Assembly: GCA_003344405.1 (NCBI GenBank)
Contig: NOWV01000235.1
Location: forward strand, 1 to 64,000
Reading direction: 5' to 3'
From: Trichoplax sp. H2
Taxonomy: Eukaryota
DNA: 64,000 nucleotides
Numbering within the stretch: position 1 is the first letter of the stretch; the number at the start of each line of letters is the position of its first letter. The notes beneath the pieces are model-generated. The model was given only the letters and a program-made list of their open reading frames with translations. It made no database searches and was not told where the DNA came from. The position numbers were made by a program, and so were the translations under genes. Positions 55,345 through 64,000 of the stretch are shown here, piece after piece.

Positions 55345-56925
55345 ATGACGGAATTAACTACAGCACCAATGTCTCTATTTCGTACCACTGAATTTGTAGC
55401 TACAGTCAGTAGCGATGATAGTCTTCATTTCATTTTGAACACCAGCTATAACAACGCTACTGCCAATACAACTTCATCTACTGTCATGTGGAATAATCCT
55501 CCATTTGTCTATTCGTTAGGATTAATTATTTTATTAGCGTGTTGTAGTGTTATTTGCTTACTTGGATGTTTTGGCAATGTTTTAGTGATTACCGTTTTTT
55601 GTCGTTGGCCACGAATGCGTACCGTGACTAATTATTATATTTTCAATTTAGCTCTAGTTGATCTCATAATTGTTTCATTTAGTATACCTAATAGTGCTAT
55701 TACAGAAGTGATGCATTCGAATGATCGCTATAGCATGGGCGAAGGCATGTGTAAATTTGCCAGCACATTGCGCTATATTGTACTGAATGTCTCAACGTTG
55801 ACTTTAGTTGCCATTAGTTTAGATCGTTATGTTGCAGTTGTCTATCCACTTAAAAGTCATCCATCCAAAAAGAAAACTGTGATTATATTATTATCCATTT
55901 GGCTCATATCCATTGCTGCTAATTCACCCTTATATTTTTTCTTGAAAATTTTTACCTTTGGCAATAATTCACCTTGGGCTTATTGCATTATTATGTGGTC
56001 TCCACGACTTAGTGAGGAAATTTATGTTGGTATTACCTTCGCATTATTATTTGCTTTACCTATGGCTATTATGCACTATACTAATTGTAGTATTGCTTAC
56101 ACAACTTGGCGTAGTGGCACGATGACTGATTATTCAGCAACTTTACCACAACCTTCACAGCCATATCAACAGCATCATAAGAAACGACGACAAAGTTCAC
56201 GCTCACGACCATCAAAACGTCGAAAAATTTCGGTCTCAACGGATAATCATGGTAAAAGGCATGTCGTCACTTTAGTCATCTGCATCGTTTTAACCTTTAC
56301 TATTTGCATGATGCCTTTACAAGTGGTTAAAGTGCTAATCTATTATCGTATCGTTTTAGAGACAGCTAGTAATCGGCAAAGTTTACGCTTTATGATTCTC
56401 TTTTTACGATTGTTGTCTTACTCCAATTCGATGATTAATCCTCTACTTTATATGATATTTAGTACTAAATTTCGTGATGGTTGTAAAGCACTACGTTACG
56501 GCTATCGCTTCTCTTCTTCGCGTAGTACAAGTAATGTACGCTTTACACAACAGCAGACATTATCTAAACGATGCTCATCTCATAGCCATGAATTAAAACG
56601 TCAAAAATCTTCTATGACATTAAATGATAAAGAGAATCCAACAGGAAAATCAAATCAGCTTGCCCAACATCGTCCGCATGTTAATCAAAGTCAATCACTC
56701 TATGCTCGAGAAATGGAAATGCAAAAGATTGAATTACATAATAAAAGCCAAAGCTTTTGCTTACGTATTAATCCGCAAAGGCCACCATCAAGTATAAGAA
56801 AGGCAGGAATAAGTAGTAATACAAACGTTAATCATCATCATAATATGAATGATGGTAGCATTGAAATGTTTTCAACTCAGCTCTGTTCAGAAATAGGATT
56901 TAAATCGAAGCAAGAGCAATTCTAA
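55345..56925 (+). CDS. Class A (rhodopsin-like) GPCR, peptide-receptor-like, uninterrupted ORF, 526 aa
   Basis: Seven TM segments; GCFGN, TNYYIFNLALVD, MCK + SLDRY, FALP, NSMINPLLY; basic ICL3 and long C-terminal tail. Paralog of the 35868-37187 receptor. Confidence 0.93.
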   Translation: MTELTTAPMSLFRTTEFVATVSSDDSLHFILNTSYNNATANTTSSTVMWNNPPFVYSLGLIILLACCSVICLLGCFGNVLVITVFCRWPRMRTVTNYYIFNLALVDLIIVSFSIPNSAITEVMHSNDRYSMGEGMCKFASTLRYIVLNVSTLTLVAISLDRYVAVVYPLKSHPSKKKTVIILLSIWLISIAANSPLYFFLKIFTFGNNSPWAYCIIMWSPRLSEEIYVGITFALLFALPMAIMHYTNCSIAYTTWRSGTMTDYSATLPQPSQPYQQHHKKRRQSSRSRPSKRRKISVSTDNHGKRHVVTLVICIVLTFTICMMPLQVVKVLIYYRIVLETASNRQSLRFMILFLRLLSYSNSMINPLLYMIFSTKFRDGCKALRYGYRFSSSRSTSNVRFTQQQTLSKRCSSHSHELKRQKSSMTLNDKENPTGKSNQLAQHRPHVNQSQSLYAREMEMQKIELHNKSQSFCLRINPQRPPSSIRKAGISSNTNVNHHHNMNDGSIEMFSTQLCSEIGFKSKQEQF

Positions 56926-59900
56926 AATATCAATTAGTAAGGTAGTAAATAGAAAGACTTACATTTCCAAAAGTTATAAAACAGATACGTTACAAACAAT
57001 AGCGTCTATCGACTATTGAATATTTGATTCCAAGATTTCCGATCTATACAGGACTGTCAACTAGACTAGTCATCAAATATTACTTCTCAGAATATGGCTA
57101 TTGGCCGATTGGATTCTTCGATCCGATACTAGATTGGGATAAACACCTGATTGTGCCTTATGTGTAATTTAATATCTGGTTTCGTATTTTTTATGCGCTT
57201 TACTAGGTAGTTAACTGCATGATACAAGATGCGGAGTCTCTTTGCCTGATAGGCATATATCAACTTTTTATACTGATTCACTACACTCTTAATAACACGT
57301 AATAGCATCACTATCCTTTATATATGCTACCCTCTCTTAGTTAATCCGTTTTGATAATAATGCTTGAAACTAATGAACTAAGAAAAAAATTAGACATCCT
57401 GGTCAAGACTAAATACGGCTTCAACGATTTAATCTTGCCGCCCACCTAGAATTGTAAACTTTATCGAAGACAAATGAATCAAAATGATTTCTACTTCATC
57501 GTATAAGGAAGATGAGACAAGAATGGCGTGAAATATTACAGTTTGGAAATAGAATAATTCAATCCTGTATAGACAAATGGAAATATCAATTAATACCAGT
57601 GTTCACTTATAGCAAAGTTTCATGGTCGAAAAATCACTTCGGATAGTTACTCTTAAGGTTTAACAATTATAAAGAATTTTTATTGCAAGCTTCGATCGAG
57701 TGCAACGGCAAATAGAGTTAATTATATTAAATATGCTACTTAGCCCTATTATATGGCAAGTCTTGTCTATCCTTTCTTCCGGTAATAATAAATTTACAAG
57801 GATTGGAATAGATTGAAAATAGTTTACATTCTTTAATAAAAAAGAAAAATTAATCATTTCATCATTAATATCAGAATAATCCTAATTATACTGGAGGTTT
57901 GTAATTAGAAAGCTGAAAAGAAACCGTAGTGTAATAAGGCTAGAAAATTCGATTTTACGAAAAGTTTATGAATTGATATATTACGGAGAATAATTTACAA
58001 AGCGAGGCTTAAGTAGGTTATGCCAACAGCATCTCGAAAGAAGCACGTTGGAATGATGATTGATTTCCTTTCGAGGCCAGAAGAAACATTGCCAAGTTGA
58101 ATAATAAAGCAGCAAAATCCCGAGTTACATCTTATAGCCGAATAATGCATTTGATGCCTACTTTAATCTTCCTTTTAACAAGACGTGCAAGCTTTCTTAC
58201 ATCTACCGGTGATCTACATTACATTACTCCAGCTTGTTATTGTTGCACCCTTGTAATTTTACGGTTGTTGGTATTCTCTATAGCATAAATCCATGTATTC
58301 TAACAGGTGAATAAGAGGACGAAATGGAAAATACTCAAAGTTGATGAACTACTTTATAAATTACAGGCACTTGTCGATTTAGGCTAAATGATACTGTAGT
58401 ATTAAGTATAATTGATTCGTATAGAATTATCAGCAAAAATATTATATCTGCTGATTTTAATTTAATCTCTCATAAACATTAAGTAAGAATAGCAGGTAGT
58501 ATACTCTTTCGCATTTATTTTTAATCAAATAATGATCGTTCTGCATATTACATTATCAGATATAGATTTTAATTTTAATCTGCAAATTCGTCACTTTCCA
58601 AGCTTGATATTATATACTTATACAAGCAATTTTCAGTATCTGATTGTCAGGCATGAAGCCTCTAAACAGCTTTGAATTTTCTTTTCTCTTCCAATTGAAT
58701 TTCTTACTAGGGATCCATGATATCAGTAATTAGCACTAGCGCATCGTTTTGCTGCTAGTACTTAATTAGCCATTAAAAATGACTTGGTTTACATATGGTA
58801 ATTGACTATAAGGCTTTTATAACAATTTCTTCACTATGTTTATTTACGCAAAGTGTTTGAAAGTGCCTTAATTGAGCTCCGCCTTAGCGTTGTCTGTAGC
58901 CCATGACAGTAGCTACCCTAAAGTCTTCTCAGAGTTGTACTAGCAGGATGAGGCAGTTAAAGCAATTATAATAATACGAAATTGTGTGTTAGAGAAAGTC
59001 ATTTAAATCATGGCTAATTCGCCATATAAACAAGCTTGAATTCTTAATATCAATTGAATAAATAGTTCTCTGTCTAACTATAGTTATTCTCGAAATTGCA
59101 TATGCTTAGGCTACATTGTATTTCTTTCTTTTCTTTATCTATCATATTTCTTTCCTTTAAATTTCGAACTTTTAAACCCTTCAAAGCAAGATGCATTCAA
59201 GATTTCTTACTTTGAAATCGTACTATTGAGCTCGTACGAGAAGGTATCAGTTTTCTTTTCTTTTGCGTTTTATAGTAGGTCAAACGTGATATTTAGAAGC
59301 AATATTAGTTATAATTTATCAAAATATTCTTCAAAAAATCGATCGAGCTTAGTTGTTGCTATTTTAGATAATAAAATTTATTTATTAGATTGATGGGTCG
59401 ATGTGTTTTAGATTAATGCAAGCTAAAAGAAGCGAATACTACAGTAAGATTAATTATTCTCACTTATGCTTGGATTATAAGCTGGAGCAACACTTTTAAA
59501 AGTCCTTTTTGAGAGATTGATGCCATAATAGTTACAGTAACCTGCAACATTGAGTAAATATTTCCTTCTTAAATTATCCTTACTATTTATGACATCAATT
59601 ACATTACTAAACCTTGTTGATAGTATTACTGCTAAAACTTAATAACTAAGCAAACGGAACTCATCATTTTCATCACCGTCATCGAATGAAAATAGTAAAA
59701 AGGCAAAGATGCATGAGAATTAAAGAAATCTAGTATACATCTTCCTGTTTAGATCAGGGCAATTCACTAGCCACTATAAAAATTATTCTAATTCATTTCT
59801 TTGACGGATATTCCCGTACAAATGATTCGATGACGAAAGCTTAACATAAAAAATTTATATTGAACCTAAAGTGTTAAATTAAATTCTATTTTATAATTTT

Positions 59901-62900
59901 TGAAAAATTCATATATTGAAACACTATTTGACTTTGTCATTTGAATTGAATCAATTTATGCATATGGAACAGCAAAAAGCAACTATTACTAAATTTTATT
60001 TTTGAGCGATAGCGACGATAAACCAGATACTTTTGGCTAACCGAATTAGTCTCGATAATAATTATGATTTTGGGCAGGTGCTAATATGTAGACTGAGTAA
60101 TTAAATTCAATTTATTTTAGCAAATCAATAATTTAACGCAGAATTATAACGTTATACTTTTGTCTTCGTTATTTCCGACTAAATCATATGGTCATATAAA
60201 GTATCTATATGAGTAAAGATATCGCTTGTTTTCGCGTTTTAGCTATAGATCTATGGTGATTTATTTAATGCTGTATCGTAAATTAAATTGATCGACATCA
60301 TCTTAATTTAAAGGAAGCTGTTCTCAGACCAATTTAATCAATATATTCGGGTTTACGATTAATTTTATAGATGAACAAGATTTCAACTCTCGATTATTTT
60401 TAATGCACAAAAATATTCCAAAGTTTGGAATTAGTACACTGATTTGTGATGTCGTATCGTGTACACAAGTATTTTTAAAGTTTAATTGCAGATCAGCTTC
60501 AATTAGTAAATTAATTAGCTTGCTTGTCAAGTGTAGTTTTATTAAGAATAATGCATGAATGTTTTTTGGTTCATTGATGTCATAAATAACAAAATAAACT
60601 AATATCAGTTGTTGATGATATTCAATTTTAAACAAGTTAACGATTTAATATTTTTTAAAGTAACAGCATGTTATTGTAATTGTATGCTCAATCATGTATG
60701 TATAATATAGAAATTATTTCAATTTTCAGATCATAACTGACTTGTTTTTAACTTATCCATTATTGCCTGATAACAAAGTGTCAAATAAAATTAACTTTTC
60801 TATTAGGTTAGAATGGAGTGTTATGTAAAATTAATTTAAAATAAGATTAGTTATTAATTTATTAAAATTGGAGTGCAATATACATAATAATTCATAATTA
60901 ATCCAATATGGGATACTGATCTATTTTTAGACATGCTGTTTGCGCAATTTTAATTAGCCGATCACGACAGAAAAGATTCATAGAAGCACAAAAGTTGATA
61001 ATAAATGGAATAAGTTATAATGGAGTCTTGACGGTATTCAACTCTAACCTCTTTAAATGATTTAATATTTACTAGAATTGGATCGATACTATAATTGCAT
61101 CGTGTTTTTGATCAGATTTTAAAATAATTTTACTTGTAATTGGATAATGGTAATAATTGCATAATTTTTGACAAATCAAGTATGAAATAGGTTACAAATT
61201 GAGAGTGATAACTTCTTATTTCAATTAAATCGATACCAACATGTAGACTATACAGAGTGATATTACTTTCATAGTACAAGAAAAGCGTACAGACGATGTT
61301 AGACTTTAAATTGAATACAATGCCTCAATTCTGTAATAGAACTGAATTGTCCTCACTACTATTTATCAAGTGAAAGAGATGTTGGATAATTTCCAATTTT
61401 AGAGTTGTAACTATTCTTTTAATAAACTGACAACAACTAAAGAGATATATCTGGGTGGATGAAGTACTATGCACTCCTACATGATAAACTTACACTTTGA
61501 ACCCAGTAATTTCAGTATTGTCGATTTTATGACCTAATTTGTAAAGTGATGTATTAATAATAATTCCAATCAATATTACTGATCGTCGAATAGAAGAAAA
61601 GTTCGTAGCCATATATACCTTTCCTTTTACGATATTCGTAGCAGCTCACCAATAATTAATAAAATAGAAGGTGTATAAAGTATTGTTATGATTATTATTA
61701 TTAACGGGCAGTTTACAATTAGTTCGAGAATAAATGAACAAAATTGATTAATTGATGCAATTAAAATGATAAGAATAAAGCAATAAGCGCTACCTACTTA
61801 TATGCAAGGTTCTACTTTGAAAATAAAGTGTTGTTTCTATTATAAGACATGGTGAATGATTTAATATTGACGTAACGAAGGAGCTGCAATTTGAACGCAT
61901 GATTAATGAAGCATTGAATTAAAACCTAATTCTTTGGTCATGGTTCTTGATCAGAATCGTACATCATTTCATTTCAAACAAAAAACTAAGTACTCTATGA
62001 TCCAATATTTTCTTGGGGTACGCTTATATCGTAAAGTTAGTCGAGGTAGCAGAACAAAAATCAATTTCGTGATCATTATGACTGGTATTCAAGCAAAGAT
62101 TAACTGAATATAAATGTTTTTACTAAATTTTCACATAAAAAACAAAGGGATGTGACGGACGTAAATCCTTGAAAGTGATTTGCGTCTAAAATATTGATAT
62201 CTTGTCTCCAATTGTAGTTCTCGTGCTAGAGAAATATGTTTGAGGAAGATAAATTACAAAATTTGGATTACAGATGTCATTAGTCTTTATGGAGTTGGGT
62301 AAATAATAATCATTCTTATCTATGAAAGCGTAAATTGTATAAAAATCGCTATTTACGGAATTAATTAAAGTTGATGTACGATCTACATGGCCTAATAAAA
62401 ATACGCAACGATGTCAAACGATCCATCAATCAATCTATCGATCAATCAATCAACCTATAGTAAGGATTATTTGATTTAAAGTAAATTATAAATGGCATTG
62501 GTCTCAAATCAACGTTTTAAAGTATTAATAATGATGTTATTGATAAGATTAATGACATCTTCCAATAAATTTTGTGTTTGATTGTATTTTTCTTCAATTT
62601 CATGCACGAGATAAAGTGTCCTTCCACTTGATTGAAACTGTCAGTCAATTTAGATGGTTATTTGCAAATAGCAATAACAGAAATAGCAAGATAAAGTGAT
62701 TTTTTCAGTGACTGTGCAAATTGAATAAACAAATTAATTTGTTAGCAATTCTAAAGTTAACATTAATAATAACTGCCAGGCCCGGTTGTCTCTTGATATC
62801 GGCTAAGTTTACGGCTATTCTTTATTAATAACTACTATCATGACAAGTATGCTACTCATTCTACTAGGAGGACGTGACTGTTAACCTACAATCCAAGTCA

Positions 62901-64000
62901 TTTTCATTGAATAGTGAAGATATAGTTATTATCGCAGGGAAACTATGAACTTGCCAACTAAATTAGTACGATACAGCTATCGTTATGAAGTAATTTTTAT
63001 GTCTTACATTTTCTATGATATTGTCACATAATGTATTAATTGGATTGAATAAATAGCGGAAAAATATTATTAATATTATACTTACAAAATACGTTCAGAT
63101 CAACAACCATTGTCCTTTCTTAGCGTTAACAGCTTAAATTGAGAAATTGATTTTTAAGAAATTAAACACTACAATATCTTTATCTATTAATGATTGTTTA
63201 GGAAATTGAAAACTTAAATGAATAGTTGATTAAATAATCTGGGATACAACGTTGAGAGAATTAAAAAGTAGGTTAGTAATGCTATTGTTAATGACGAATT
63301 TAGTTTACGGTGCCTTTTATGCTATTTCCACTGGATACCATTTTATAAGGAATATTCTTCCTACCAAAGGTTATTACTGCAAGCTGTCAATGAAAAGTTT
63401 ATGGCAATGATTTCTACTTGCTATTTAGTTAAAGAGTTGCTTAAGGCTTTTTGCATCGCAATACATTGATTTATCTTTAAAAACTCGAAAACAAAGCTTA
63501 AAATCCGCTTTTTTACCTTCTGATCTACTTAAAGTAAAGTAATGCAGCTTCTATATTCAGTTATGGTCTATTTCACAATGTTTTTCATTCAAAATTCACT
63601 TAAAATTTCCATTATTTCTTATTTAATTAAAGACCAGGGCGCGAATTGTTTAATCATGAATATATTACATCGCAGATCGTCAATCAAAATTATAATTACA
63701 ATAAGACTCGAGAAATTAATAATTTGCATCAAGTTTGGCAGTATTTTTTATTTAAGGTATCAATAATCTGTTCATAAACAATGCTTAAATGGTTTCTTTT
63801 TTCATCAGTTTATACATTGAAACTGTAGAATGTTGCAGCCATTCACTTTCACTTCATTTCCTTCTCTATCAACAATCAAGAGAAATACTAAATACTGCTT
63901 TTGATGCCAAAGGTATTAAGCGATCCATGAGCTTGAATGACTTAATTGCATGAATCCAACACTGTATTTTAAAAAACTGAGTTATAGTAACCACAAAAAA

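Noticed and set aside
57129..58950. Short minus-strand open frames with acceptor-like sites after the second GPCR
   Set aside because: Could not be linked into a consistent spliced frame and showed no recognisable motif.
62424..62454. Imperfect (ATCA)n tract
   Set aside because: Short ordinary microsatellite with no wider structure.

Overview
AT-rich eukaryotic (animal) genomic DNA with short spliceosomal introns. The compact introns, low GC and single-exon peptide-receptor-like GPCRs suggest an early-branching animal such as a placozoan; this is inference only. Five protein-coding genes can be built by hand from splice sites and frame continuity: (1) a 6-exon glypican (+, 4219-12389, about 668 aa); (2) a 20-exon Rubicon ortholog (-, 23116-15452, about 1035 aa; RUN + Rubicon-homology domains) containing a GC-AG intron and microexons; (3) a 3-exon HAD-family pseudouridine-5'-phosphatase, PUDP/HDHD1 (+, 26771-28867, about 227 aa), head-to-head with Rubicon across a repeat-built intergenic region; (4, 5) two divergently oriented, paralogous class A GPCRs with uninterrupted coding sequences (-, 35868-37187; +, 55345-56925). 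Non-coding structure includes two ~443-bp TG...CA solo-LTR-like elements in inverted orientation, each with its own 5-bp target-site duplication, flanking the first GPCR; a CpG-rich 15-bp perfect palindrome with a 48-bp duplication next to a ~295-bp higher-order tandem array between the GPCRs; a possible Helitron 3' end; and probable decayed LRR exons. No rRNA, tRNA or CRISPR was recognised. All gene models are manual and need transcript confirmation.
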